Positions 17,631 to 26,984 of a stretch of DNA of 64,000 bases are shown one piece after another (the first letter of the stretch is position 1; every line of letters begins with the position of its first letter). The position numbers were made by a program, and so were the translations under genes. The stretch comes from Candidatus Multivorans sp. (lineage in GTDB: Bacteria > Acidobacteriota > Thermoanaerobaculia > Multivoradales > Multivoraceae): contig OZ242040.1 of the NCBI GenBank assembly GCA_965205095.1, forward strand, positions 2,855,362 through 2,919,361. The letters are read 5' to 3'. Below the pieces are notes generated by a model that ran no database searches, was not told the origin of the DNA, and saw only the letters and a program-made list of their open reading frames with translations.

Positions 17631-19043
17631 TCAATGCACGCGGTTGGTGGCGAGCAGCCATTGCGCTGCTTGCTCCCCGCACTCGGCGCCGACGGCGATC
17701 GCCCGGCTCAGGCCGACGCCGTGGAGCGCGTTGCCGGCCAGGCAGAAGCCGTCGATCGGGTCCAGGGCGGCCTCGATTCGGGCCACTCGCCGCGGGTGAC
17801 CGGGGGCGTACTGCGGGATGGCGTGCGGCCAGCGGGCGACGCTCGTGTAGGTCGGCTCGGCGTCCAGGCCTACAGTTCGGCGTAGCTCCCGGAGAGTCAG
17901 CTCGACGAGCTGAGCGTCGCCGAGGTCGGCAGCCTCGGGGTCTACGCTGCCGCCGAACATCGAGCGGGTCAGGAACGTGCCTTCGGGGCCGCGGCCGCGG
18001 AAGGTAGCGGTCTCGTACTGGCAGCCGAGCATGCGGATGCCCTCGCCGCGGGCGACGAGGAAGCCGTAAGCCGGCTCGATGTGGTCCGCGGCCGCGGCGT
18101 CGAACGCGGTGTGGACGACGGCCATCGGCGGCAATTCGATCTGCCGGAGTTCGTCGGCGGCCCCTGCCGAGACGCCGTCGACGAGATCGGCGGCCGAAGG
18201 CAGGTCGGCCGCGACGATGACTGCATCTCCAGTGACTTCGCCGCCGGAAGAAGCGACCCTGAAGCCGCTGCCGCGCCGTTCGATCGCGGTGACCCGCCGG
18301 TTGCAGCGGACTTCGATTCCCGGCAGGCCTGCGACGGCCTGCGGAAGGGCCTGAATGCCGCGGCAAAAGGTCCGGTGCCCCGGCGGCGGAACGCCGCGCC
18401 TGCGGCCGGCGCGCATCGCCTTGAACAGGGAACCGTAGGCCCGTTCCATCGCGACCAGGCGCGGGAACGCGGCCGCCGCCGAGAGCTTCCGCGCGTCGCC
18501 CGCGAAGATGCCGAGGACGACGGGCGAGATGAGGCGGCGGGCCGCCTGCCGGCCCATGCGCCGGGCGGCAAAGTCGTACAGCGACTCGTCTTCGCCGTCG
18601 CTGCCTTCCGCATCGCCGTCGTGCCGACTCCGCACCAGGGGTTCCATCGCCAGTCTCGCCAGGCCGAGCGGTCCCAGCAGGCCGCTCTTCGCGAAAGCCA
18701 ATGGGCTGCGCTGCAACTCCCGCAGCCTGCCGCCCCGGTAGATGTAGCGGCGGTTCGCGGCCGGTTCGGGCGCCAGCACTTCGTCCTCGAGGACGCACGC
18801 CTCGACCATCTCCCGTACGACCGGCTGATCGTCGAGGAAACTCTGGGGGCCGGTCTCGATCAGGAAGCCGCCGGCCTGCTCGGTCCGCGCCTTGCCTCCG
18901 ACTTCGCCGTCCGCCTCGAGCACGAGGATCTCGATCTCGCCGCCGGCGCGCTCCGCCTCGACCGACGCCTTCCAGGCGGCGGCCAGTCCGGAAGGCCCGC
19001 CGCCGACGACAACCAGGCGACGGGCCGACGGCTGTTCGCTCAA
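17631..19043 (-). CDS. hemY: oxygen-dependent protoporphyrinogen oxidase (FAD)
   Basis: C-terminal ~470 aa of ORF 17631..19427. VVVGGGPSGLAAAW is the dinucleotide-binding motif and PPOX family blocks are present. The TTG start overlaps the hemE TGA (TTGA at 19040-19043). Confidence 0.75.
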   Translation of the reverse strand: MSEQPSARRLVVVGGGPSGLAAAWKASVEAERAGGEIEILVLEADGEVGGKARTEQAGGFLIETGPQSFLDDQPVVREMVEACVLEDEVLAPEPAANRRYIYRGGRLRELQRSPLAFAKSGLLGPLGLARLAMEPLVRSRHDGDAEGSDGEDESLYDFAARRMGRQAARRLISPVVLGIFAGDARKLSAAAAFPRLVAMERAYGSLFKAMRAGRRRGVPPPGHRTFCRGIQALPQAVAGLPGIEVRCNRRVTAIERRGSGFRVASSGGEVTGDAVIVAADLPSAADLVDGVSAGAADELRQIELPPMAVVHTAFDAAAADHIEPAYGFLVARGEGIRMLGCQYETATFRGRGPEGTFLTRSMFGGSVDPEAADLGDAQLVELTLRELRRTVGLDAEPTYTSVARWPHAIPQYAPGHPRRVARIEAALDPIDGFCLAGNALHGVGLSRAIAVGAECGEQAAQWLLATNRVH

Positions 19044-20134
19044 GCGTCCTCCGCCTCGGCGTGGACGGACTCGACCAGGGCCTGCACCGCCTGAAGCGGA
19101 GTCTCCGGCAGCACGCCGTGTCCCAGGTTCACGATGTGGCCAGGTCGCGGCAAGCTGGCGAGCAGGAGTCCGGTCTCGCGCCGGACCGCCTGTTCGCCGG
19201 CCAGGAGTGCGGCGGGGTCCAGGTTGCCCTGCAGGCAGAGGTCCGGCCGCCGCCGCCGGAGCGCTCCGAGGTCGGTGCGCCAGTCGACGCCGAGCGCCTC
19301 GCAGGGCAGGCCGGCGTAGTCGTCGACCAACTGGGGTGCGGCGTGGAGGAAGAGGATGCGGGGGACGCCGGCGTCGCCGAGCCGCCGGAGCAGCCGATCG
19401 AGGTGCGGCCGAATCCTCTGTCGCCATTCGGCGCGCGGGAAGAGACCGGCCCAGGAATCGAAGACCTGTACCGCGTCGGCGCCGGCCCGGTGCTGGCCGA
19501 GGAGATAGCGGGCGCAGAGCCGTCCCAGGCGGTCGAGCAGGGCGTCAAATGCCGCCGGCTCCTGGTAGGCGAACGCCCGCAGCCGCGGGAAGTCGCGGAC
19601 GCCGCGGCCCTCGACCAGGTAGGCCGCGAGGGTCAACGGAGCGCCCGCGAAGCCGAGGAGCGCCGTCTCCGGGACGAGCTCGGACCGGACGATCCGCTGG
19701 GCGGCCGCGACCTCCGGGGCGATCGCGGCCTCGTCGAGGTCGTCGGGATCGGGCAGGGCGGCGACGTCCCGCGCGCTGCGGATCGGCTCGGCGATCACCG
19801 GCCCCGGATCGAAGCGGAAGTCGACACCGAGGGCCGGCATGGGCGACATGATGTCCGCGAACGTGATCGCGGCGTCGAAGGGGAAGCGCCGGAGCGGCAT
19901 CAGGGTGACTTCGGCCGCCAGTTCCGGGTCGCGCGCGAGGCCGGCGAAGCCGTGGCGCTCCTTGAGTGCCCGGTACTCGGGCAGGATGCGTCCGGCCTGA
20001 CGCATCATCCACAGCGGCCGTCGCGGCGTGTCCTCGAATCGAAGGGCGCGCAGCAGCAGGGGTTCGGCCGGCGGGGCGGTGGCGGCGGCCGGGGCGGCAG
20101 CAGGCCCGGCCGCGGTCGTCGGCAGGGTGTTCAC
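19040..20134 (-). CDS. hemE: uroporphyrinogen decarboxylase
   Basis: URO-D signatures (PLWMMRQAGRILPEY...). The putative GTG start at 20132-20134 overlaps the hemA TGA (GTGA). The upstream part of the track ORF was rejected. Confidence 0.8.
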   Translation of the reverse strand: MNTLPTTAAGPAAAPAAATAPPAEPLLLRALRFEDTPRRPLWMMRQAGRILPEYRALKERHGFAGLARDPELAAEVTLMPLRRFPFDAAITFADIMSPMPALGVDFRFDPGPVIAEPIRSARDVAALPDPDDLDEAAIAPEVAAAQRIVRSELVPETALLGFAGAPLTLAAYLVEGRGVRDFPRLRAFAYQEPAAFDALLDRLGRLCARYLLGQHRAGADAVQVFDSWAGLFPRAEWRQRIRPHLDRLLRRLGDAGVPRILFLHAAPQLVDDYAGLPCEALGVDWRTDLGALRRRRPDLCLQGNLDPAALLAGEQAVRRETGLLLASLPRPGHIVNLGHGVLPETPLQAVQALVESVHAEAEDA

Positions 20135-21489
20135 TCGCCGGCCGTCCAGCGGGTCGATGGCTCGGAGGGCCTGTCGGCGCGCCGCTGTTCGAGCAGCTCC
20201 GGCGCCGCCGCGGCAAGGAAGGCGTCGACGCCGTCCTGACCGATCTCGATCGCCACCGCGCGCAGCCCCACGACCGGCAGGTGGCTCAGACGCTTCGCCA
20301 TCACGGCGGTCCACTCCCGGAGCGCTTCCCGTTCCGCCTCCGAGAGGCCCGCGAGATCGCCCTGCAGCAGGCGGTCCAGGTTGGCGCCCAGGGAATCCTG
20401 GTACTTGGCGCCGATCGCCCGGATCGCGCCGGCGACGGACCTGGTGGCCATTGCTTCGCGGTAGGCGTCGAGTTCCTCGTCGATCAGCACGCGGGCATCG
20501 GCGGTGCGCCCGCGCCGGTCGCGGAGGGTCTTCTGGGCCAGTTCATTGATCTGGTCCATGCCGATCCGCTTCAGACCCGCGACGCGGGCGTCGGCTGGAG
20601 CGACATCGGCCGGGATCGCCATGTCGATCACCAGCGGTGAGGCGCCGTACCGGGCGTCGCCGGCCGCGGCCAGGACCGACAGGCACCGCCGATCGACCAC
20701 CGGCCCCGGGGCGCCGGTCGAGAAAAGTGCCGCGGTCACCGGCGGCGGCTCGGACCGGAACCAGTCGAGGCTCATCGTTTCGACGGTCTTTGCGGATCCG
20801 TTCGCCGCGGTCGTGCCGCCCGTTCTTTCGGCAAGGTCGTCGGCCTTCGAGCGGGTGCGGTTGACCAGGACCAGGGGGATTCCGCGGGAGTGCAGCCGTT
20901 CCGTACACGTCTCGGTCATCGCCGCGACGCCGACCAGCGCCACCGGCCCCGGATGCTCCGCGGCGCGCTCGGTCAACAGGTCGGCCGCGATCTCCGACAG
21001 CGACGTGCGCCCGGCGCCGACCCCGGTCTCCCGGTGTACCCGCTTGCCGGCCCGAAGCGCCGATTCGACCACGCGCCGCAACTCCGGGTCGACCGTGCCG
21101 CTGGCCGTCGCCTCCTCCAGCGCGTCGCGCAACTGGCCGCGGATCTCCCGCTCTCCAGGCTGGGCCGAGTCGAGGCCGGCCGCTACCAGGTACAGGTGCT
21201 CGACCGCGCCTTCCCCTTCCCAGCTCCGGAAGACTCGCCGCGCCGCCCCCTCGCCGGCCACCAGCCGCAACAGCTCCCGCCGGCACGAGGCCAAGGTAGC
21301 TCCGGGCTCGGCCGAGAAGGCGAACGCCACCCGGTTGCACGTGGCGAGATAGATCAGCCCCTGAGCGCCGATCCGCTGCTTCAGCCGCCGCATCTCGGCG
21401 GCCCGCCGCTCATCCGGCACGGTGTACTGCGCGATCTCCTCGGCGCTCGCGTACCGCCAGGTCACCGCCACGACGCAACAGTTGTCCAT
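20131..21489 (-). CDS. hemA: glutamyl-tRNA reductase
   Basis: ATG at 21487-21489 (MDNCCVVAVTWRYA...). It has the LATCNRV signature and an NADPH-binding domain. Confidence 0.85.
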   Translation of the reverse strand: MDNCCVVAVTWRYASAEEIAQYTVPDERRAAEMRRLKQRIGAQGLIYLATCNRVAFAFSAEPGATLASCRRELLRLVAGEGAARRVFRSWEGEGAVEHLYLVAAGLDSAQPGEREIRGQLRDALEEATASGTVDPELRRVVESALRAGKRVHRETGVGAGRTSLSEIAADLLTERAAEHPGPVALVGVAAMTETCTERLHSRGIPLVLVNRTRSKADDLAERTGGTTAANGSAKTVETMSLDWFRSEPPPVTAALFSTGAPGPVVDRRCLSVLAAAGDARYGASPLVIDMAIPADVAPADARVAGLKRIGMDQINELAQKTLRDRRGRTADARVLIDEELDAYREAMATRSVAGAIRAIGAKYQDSLGANLDRLLQGDLAGLSEAEREALREWTAVMAKRLSHLPVVGLRAVAIEIGQDGVDAFLAAAAPELLEQRRADRPSEPSTRWTAGE

Positions 21490-21523
21490 CGGGCGATTCT
21501 GACCTAGTGGGACGCCTGGATTG

Positions 21524-22660
21524 TCACGGTTGTGTCGGCGTCGACGGTCCACTCTCGCGCACGCCGCATCTCGGCGGCACGTCTGATGCCGGCGGGGGCG
21601 CCGGCGCACCCAGTGTTCGCCACTCGCGGGTGTTGCGGAGGATCAGGTCGGTCAGCGCGTCGAGATGGTCGGGGCGGTCGTTGAGGCAGGGGATGTAACG
21701 AAGGCGCTCGCCGCCGGACTCCTCGAAGTAGCCGCGATTCTCGACCTCGATCTCTTCGAGCGTCTCGATGCAGTCGGCGGAGAAGCCGGGACAGGCGACG
21801 TCGACGTTCCCGAGGCCGGCCTCGGGCAGCTCGCGCATCGTGGCATCCGTCTTCGGGCCGATCCACAACTCGCGGCCGAACTGGGACTGGAAGGTGCTGA
21901 CCACCCGTTCCTCGTCGACGCCGAGCTCCCGGACCAGCAGGCGCGTGGTCTCCAGGCACTGGCACTGGTACGGGTCGCCGTTGTCGATGTAGCGCTGCGG
22001 CACGCCATGGTAGGAGAGGACGAGCCGGTCGGGCTCTCCGTCGCTCCAGGTTTCGCGGATGCTCGCGGCGAGCGAGCGCAGGAAGCCGGGGTCGTCGTAG
22101 TAGCTGTTGATCGTCCGCAGTTCGGGCACCCAACGCCAGCGGCCGAGTTGCCGGGCGAGCATGTCGATCGTGGACGCCGTGGTGGCGGCCGAGTACTGCG
22201 GGAAGAGCGGGAAGAACAGGAGGCGCGTGCATCCCCTGTTGCGGAGTTCCGCGAGCGCGTTTCCGATCGACGGTTCGCCGTAGCGCATCCCGAGGGCGAC
22301 ATGGAACGGGGGACCGCTTTCGCCCTGCTGCTGCCGTAGCCTCGCGGCGATGCCCTCGACCTGGCGTTTGCCGATCGCGAGGAGCGGCGAGCCCTCGTCG
22401 GTCCAGATCTTCTCGTAGAGCTTCGCGACCCGCTGGGGCCGCGTCGTCAGCACGAACAGGTAGAGGATCGGCAGCCACTTCCAGCGCGGCACCTCGGCGA
22501 TGCGGGTGTCGCTCAGGAACTGCCGGAGGTAGCGGCGCAGGGCCCCCGCCGTGGGCGCCGCGGGGGTGCCGACGTTGGCGAGCAGGACGCCGATGGCGCC
22601 GCGGTCCACGGAGGCGTCGACGCGCGGTTCGGGTTCGTAGAGGGATGTGCCGCTGGTCAT
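21524..22660 (-). CDS. hemH: ferrochelatase
   Basis: 378 aa with ferrochelatase blocks throughout. The last ~30 codons (LGAPAPPPASDVPPRCGVRESGPSTPTQP) are a translation of a REP-like repeat copy. Confidence 0.85.
   Translation of the reverse strand: MTSGTSLYEPEPRVDASVDRGAIGVLLANVGTPAAPTAGALRRYLRQFLSDTRIAEVPRWKWLPILYLFVLTTRPQRVAKLYEKIWTDEGSPLLAIGKRQVEGIAARLRQQQGESGPPFHVALGMRYGEPSIGNALAELRNRGCTRLLFFPLFPQYSAATTASTIDMLARQLGRWRWVPELRTINSYYDDPGFLRSLAASIRETWSDGEPDRLVLSYHGVPQRYIDNGDPYQCQCLETTRLLVRELGVDEERVVSTFQSQFGRELWIGPKTDATMRELPEAGLGNVDVACPGFSADCIETLEEIEVENRGYFEESGGERLRYIPCLNDRPDHLDALTDLILRNTREWRTLGAPAPPPASDVPPRCGVRESGPSTPTQP
21560..21615. repeat. REP-like GC-rich repeat copy D (module GATGCCGGCGGGGGCGCCGGCGCACCCAGTG), embedded in the 3' end of hemH
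   Basis: Shares the GCGCCGGCGCACCCAGTG core with copies at 1970-1997, 2778-2793, 11493-11520, 37224-37252 and 41185-41215. Confidence 0.7.
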
Positions 22661-22670
22661 GCGGTGTCGG

Positions 22671-23675
22671 TCAGATCCAGTCGCGGCGGACCAGGAAGTC
22701 GGAGGAGAGGCGGGCTTCGGGGGTTCCGGGTTCGGGCGCGTAGTCGTAGCGCCACGCCGCCAGCGGCGGCAGGGACGCCAGGATCGACTCGGTTCGGGCC
22801 CTCGCCTGGAGTCCGTAGCGCGTGCCGCGGTCGTACACCAGGTTGAACTCCACGTAGCGCCCCCTGCGGTAGAGCTGGAAGTCGCGCTCGCGCTCGCCGT
22901 AGGAAAGACCCCTGCGGCGCTCCAGGATCGGCAGGTAGGCGGGCAGGAAGTGGTCGCCGACGCTGCGGGCGAAGGAGAAGCAGCGTTCGAAGCGGCTGAG
23001 TTCGGCCGGTCGTTCGAGCCGGTTCAGATCGTCGAAGAAGAGACCGCCGACGCCGCGCATCTCCTGCCGGTGGGGAAGGTAGAAGTAGTCGTCGCAGGCG
23101 GCCTTGTAGCGGGCGTAGAGGTCGTCGCCGTAAGGCGCGCAGGCCTCGGCCGCGGTGCGGTGCCAGTGAACCGCGTCCTCCTCGAAGCCGTAGTAGGGGG
23201 TCAGATCGAAGCCGCCGCCGAACCACCAGCCCTCCTCGTCCGCATGGGCGGCGCCCTGGGGTTCGGCGTCCGCGGGCGGATGCGCGATGAAGAAGCGGAT
23301 GTTGGCGTGGCTCGTCGGTGCGTACGGGTTGCGCGGGTGCACGATCAGGGACACGGAGGTCGCCTCGAAGGAACGCCCCGCCAGTTCCGGCCGCCGCTCG
23401 GTCGCGGCGAGGGGCAGGGAGTCGCCGCGTGAATGGCTGAAGTTCACGGCGGCCTTCTCGATCACGGGGCCGTCGGTCAGCACCCTGGGCCGGGCGCATC
23501 CGCCCCGCTCGTTCGTCAACTCGCGGGCGTCGAACGGGGTGCCGTCGATCTCGACCAGTGCGTTGCAGATGCCGTCCTGCAGGCCGCGGAAGTAGGCGGC
23601 AACCGCGCCGGCGTCGTTCTGCGGTTCCCCGGCCGCCGTCGACTGGTCGGCGCTCGTACCGGAAGCGGGACTCAC
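22671..23675 (-). CDS. hemF: oxygen-dependent coproporphyrinogen III oxidase
   Basis: HemF blocks ([21 protein letters not shown]...). In-frame GTG at 23675-23673 overlaps the hemL TGA (GTGA). The N-terminal 200 codons of the track ORF were rejected. Confidence 0.8.
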   Translation of the reverse strand: MSPASGTSADQSTAAGEPQNDAGAVAAYFRGLQDGICNALVEIDGTPFDARELTNERGGCARPRVLTDGPVIEKAAVNFSHSRGDSLPLAATERRPELAGRSFEATSVSLIVHPRNPYAPTSHANIRFFIAHPPADAEPQGAAHADEEGWWFGGGFDLTPYYGFEEDAVHWHRTAAEACAPYGDDLYARYKAACDDYFYLPHRQEMRGVGGLFFDDLNRLERPAELSRFERCFSFARSVGDHFLPAYLPILERRRGLSYGERERDFQLYRRGRYVEFNLVYDRGTRYGLQARARTESILASLPPLAAWRYDYAPEPGTPEARLSSDFLVRRDWI

Positions 23676-24970
23676 GGCGCCGGAATCTCCGCCAGGGCTT
23701 CGCCGACCGCCGTGGCGAAAGCGCCGAGCGTCTCCTCGTCGTGGGCGAGGGAAAGGAAGCCGACCTCGAACGCGGACGGGGCGAGCATGTAGCCGCGGTC
23801 GAGCAGCCCGCGGTGGAGGAGGCCGAAGACCTCGGCCGTGTTCGGGTGGAAGCGGTCGGCCCGGCGCGGCGGTTCGCCGTCGCCGTACGCGAGCCAGAAG
23901 ATCGACCCGCAGCGGACGAGCCGGTAGGGGTGGCCGCTCGTTTCGAGGACGGGGCCGAGCTCGCGGTCGAGGAGCGCGCCCTGGTCTTCCATCCGCTTCC
24001 ATCCATCGCCGGCCGCGAGTTCGCGCAGGGTGGCGAGTCCGCCGGCGACGGCGAGCGGGTTCCCGGACAACGTGCCCGCCTGGTAGACGGGGCCGAGCGG
24101 CGAAAGCCGGTCCATCAGCCGCGCCGGGCCGCCGTAGGCGCCGACCGGCAGTCCGCCGCCGATCACCTTGCCGAGCGTGACGAGATCGGGCTCGATGCCG
24201 AGCTGAGCGCCGACGGTGACTCCGGGGACCCGGAAGCCGCTCAACACTTCGTCGAAGATCAGCAGTGCGCCGTGCTCGGTGCACAGGCGGCGCAGGAGTT
24301 GCAGATAGCCCCGCCGCTGCACCAGGAGGCCGTTGTTCGCCGGCAGCGGCTCGATGATCGTGGCCGCCAGGTTGTCCCCGTGGCGCCGGAAGGCCTCCTT
24401 CAGCGCCTCCTCGTCGTCGAGCGGCAGGACGATCGTGTCGCGCGCGGTCGCCGCCGGGATGCCGGCGCTCGAGGCGATCCCGAAGGTGGCGAGACCGCTT
24501 CCGGCTTCGACCAGCAGGGCGTCGACGTGGCCGTGGTAGCAGCCTTCGAACTTGAGCACCAGGTCGCGGCCGGTACAGCCGCGGGCGAGCCGGACCGCCG
24601 ACTGGGTCGCCTCGGTGCCGGAGTTGACGAACCGGATCTTCTCGATGACCGGCACGAGTTCCTTGACCATCCGCGCCAGCTCAACCTCGCCCTCGTGGGG
24701 CGCGGCGAAGGACGTGCCGCGCGCTGCCGCCTCGCACACCGCCTCGACCACGGCCGGGTGGCTGTGTCCCAGCACCAGGGGCCCGAAGGAGCCGACGAAG
24801 TCGACGTAGCTCCTGCCGTCGACCGAGCGCATGACCGCCCCTTCGGCCTCGGCGATGAAGGGCGGCGTGCCGCCGACCGCGCGGTATGCCCGCACCGGAC
24901 TGTTCACGCCGCCGACCAGGTGGCGCTGCGCCTCCACCCAGAGGTCTTCACTGCTTCGTCCGGCGCTCAT
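23672..24970 (-). CDS. hemL: glutamate-1-semialdehyde 2,1-aminomutase
   Basis: 432 aa, class-III aminotransferase with a GSA-AT signature. Its ATG overlaps the hemC-hemD fusion stop (ATGA). Confidence 0.9.
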   Translation of the reverse strand: MSAGRSSEDLWVEAQRHLVGGVNSPVRAYRAVGGTPPFIAEAEGAVMRSVDGRSYVDFVGSFGPLVLGHSHPAVVEAVCEAAARGTSFAAPHEGEVELARMVKELVPVIEKIRFVNSGTEATQSAVRLARGCTGRDLVLKFEGCYHGHVDALLVEAGSGLATFGIASSAGIPAATARDTIVLPLDDEEALKEAFRRHGDNLAATIIEPLPANNGLLVQRRGYLQLLRRLCTEHGALLIFDEVLSGFRVPGVTVGAQLGIEPDLVTLGKVIGGGLPVGAYGGPARLMDRLSPLGPVYQAGTLSGNPLAVAGGLATLRELAAGDGWKRMEDQGALLDRELGPVLETSGHPYRLVRCGSIFWLAYGDGEPPRRADRFHPNTAEVFGLLHRGLLDRGYMLAPSAFEVGFLSLAHDEETLGAFATAVGEALAEIPAP

Positions 24971-26856
24971 TCAGTCCCCCTCGGGTCCGCGTCCGCTTCG
25001 TCGAGCCACAGGCGTTCGATGCCGGCGGCGGTCGGTTCCTCTGCGCACTTCACGTTGCCGGCTCCGGCGCTGCGGAGCGCCGCGGCTGTGGCGGCTCCGA
25101 TCGCCCAGCAGCTTCCCGGCCAGTCCAGGCCGGACGCTGCGAAGGCGGAAACCGCCGATGGAGCCGTGAAGAGTACGCGGGCGTGGGCCGCTTGCCAACC
25201 TTGCGGCCAGTCGAGTGCGTCGTTCGGATGCACGGTGTAGGCCGCCCAGGCAGTGACCTGGCGGCCGGCCGCCTGGAGCGCCTCGACGAGCGACGCTCCG
25301 CCGCGGGCGGAATGCGGCACGAACAGCGGGCAACGCGGGTCGAGCACCCGGGCCGCGTAGCCGGCAAGGTCCCGGCCGCCGGAGGCCCGCGCGGCCAGGT
25401 TCGGCGGCACGCCGGCCGCGAGCAGCGCGCGGGCGGTCCCTTCGCCCAGCGCGCACCACGGCAGCCGGCCCCAGACCGGCTCGCGCGCGGCGCGCTCCGC
25501 GACGACGCACGCGGCGTTCGGCGAGGAGACGAGCAGCCACGGCCACTGGCGTCGCGGACGGTCCAGGTCGATACGGTCCGCCGGCCAGGGGGTGTCGAAG
25601 ATCTCGACGGTGGTCGCCGGCAGAGCGGCGACGCCCACGCCTGGAGGCAGCCGCCTCGTCAGGCGCCGAACAGTCGTCGGGCCGGAAGTCACGATGAGGT
25701 CCGGCGTCGGATCGGTAGGACGCTCCTCACTGGGTGCGCCGGCGCCCTCGCCGGCCGCCGCCGCAGGCGGCTTCGAGAACGCGCCGGCCGTCAGGCCGGC
25801 ACCGAACTCCGCCAGACCCCGCTCAATCCGCTCCGCCAACGCGTCAAGATCGATGCCCCCGGCTCGGTCAGCGATCGAGACCGCTGCGCCGACGGCAGCC
25901 GGCGCCTCCCCGACCGCGGCCGCCTCCCGCCACTCATCGGGTGCGATCAGGGCATGGACCTCACGCAGTACGACCTCTTCCGCCTCCCCCTCGCCGGCGT
26001 CCGCCCAAGCCCCGAAAGGCCGCAGACAGCCACCCCCCAACCGGCCGAGCAGGGCACGCTCGGCGAAGGCCGCCGCCCGGCTCGGAGAGTGGTCGAGCGC
26101 CGCCATTGCCGCATGGCCATCCAGCCGCCCGCCGCGCAGGACCTGCACCGCGAGGGCGCCCTGGCCGGGAGCGCATGGCCAGGAGCGAAGGTCCAGCCGG
26201 AAACCGCGGATGGCGCCGGCTGAAGCTTCCAGCTCGCCGTTTCGCGCCAGGCGCAGGACGCCCGCTTCCGCCGCCAGCAGGGCGTCGATCGCGCCGCTCC
26301 GGAGCCACTCGAGCCGGCGTCCCACCGAGCCGCGGACGGCGCAGCAGACGAGGTCCGGCCGCAGAGCCAGCGCCCCGGCCTGCCGGCGTGGCGACGAGGT
26401 GCCCAGGCGCGCGCCGACCGAGAGCGGCGCGAACGCCGCGGCCGCCGGCCTGGTCTGCTTCTCCAGGGCGTCGTCGCCGTGATCGATCAGCTCCGCGAGC
26501 GTCGGCGCCCCTTCGCTCGCCTCGTTCGCTTCGTCGCCCGGCGCGAACAGCAGCAGATCGAACGGTCGCTCCCGCTCCGGCACCGCCGCGATCACCAGGT
26601 CCCGCTCGTCCTCCACCGGCAGGTCCTTCAGCGAGTGGACGACGAGATCCACGGAGCCGTCGCGCAGGGCCGCGGTCAGCTCGCCGGTGAATACGCCCTT
26701 GGCCTGGGCGAAACTGCCGCCGAGGCTGCGGTCGCCCTGGGAAGACATGGCTCGCACTGCCGTGTCCACGCCGAGCTCGCCGAGCCGCCGGGCGACCAGG
26801 TCGGCCTGAATCCGCGCCAGTGGCGTTGCCCTGGTGCCGATGACGATCGGGGCCAT
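24967..26856 (-). CDS. hemCD: bifunctional hydroxymethylbilane synthase / uroporphyrinogen-III synthase (HemC-HemD fusion)
   Basis: Single 629-aa ORF. The N-terminal ~330 aa is porphobilinogen deaminase (IVIGTRATPLARIQA..., cofactor Cys in GGGCLRPFGAWA). The C-terminal ~250 aa carries HemD blocks (LLVSSPNA..., VLFTAPSAV). Confidence 0.8.
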   Translation of the reverse strand: MAPIVIGTRATPLARIQADLVARRLGELGVDTAVRAMSSQGDRSLGGSFAQAKGVFTGELTAALRDGSVDLVVHSLKDLPVEDERDLVIAAVPERERPFDLLLFAPGDEANEASEGAPTLAELIDHGDDALEKQTRPAAAAFAPLSVGARLGTSSPRRQAGALALRPDLVCCAVRGSVGRRLEWLRSGAIDALLAAEAGVLRLARNGELEASAGAIRGFRLDLRSWPCAPGQGALAVQVLRGGRLDGHAAMAALDHSPSRAAAFAERALLGRLGGGCLRPFGAWADAGEGEAEEVVLREVHALIAPDEWREAAAVGEAPAAVGAAVSIADRAGGIDLDALAERIERGLAEFGAGLTAGAFSKPPAAAAGEGAGAPSEERPTDPTPDLIVTSGPTTVRRLTRRLPPGVGVAALPATTVEIFDTPWPADRIDLDRPRRQWPWLLVSSPNAACVVAERAAREPVWGRLPWCALGEGTARALLAAGVPPNLAARASGGRDLAGYAARVLDPRCPLFVPHSARGGASLVEALQAAGRQVTAWAAYTVHPNDALDWPQGWQAAHARVLFTAPSAVSAFAASGLDWPGSCWAIGAATAAALRSAGAGNVKCAEEPTAAGIERLWLDEADADPRGTE

Positions 26857-26902
26857 CGGACCGGGATTCTATGGAGCCGCGCTCCGGCGTGCCGGCGCGG
26901 AG

Positions 26903-26973
26903 CCCTGGAATAGAGTCGATACTCGGTCCCGCCGTTGGCCGCCTGGAGCCGATTGGGGCCTGGAACCGATAGG
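26903..26973. repeat. three direct repeats CCTGGA-n3-GAT-like (cctggaatagagtcgat / cctggagccgattgg / cctggaaccgatagg) in the hemCD-ACE divergent intergenic region
   Basis: Seen at 26903-26920, 26942-26956 and 26959-26973. Confidence 0.5.
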
Positions 26974-26984
26974 GAGGACTCGCC

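Noticed and set aside
22671-24284. 537-aa HemF ORF and 17631..19427 598-aa HemY ORF as full-length proteins
   Set aside because: The N-terminal halves are Arg-rich and overlap hemL/hemE in other frames. Family-consistent starts (GTG 23675, TTG 19043) give normal lengths.
24967-26856. Possibility that hemC and hemD are two genes split by an unnoticed stop
   Set aside because: The frame is continuous in the provided track and both domain signatures are in one frame, so it was kept as a fusion. This can only be confirmed with read-level data.
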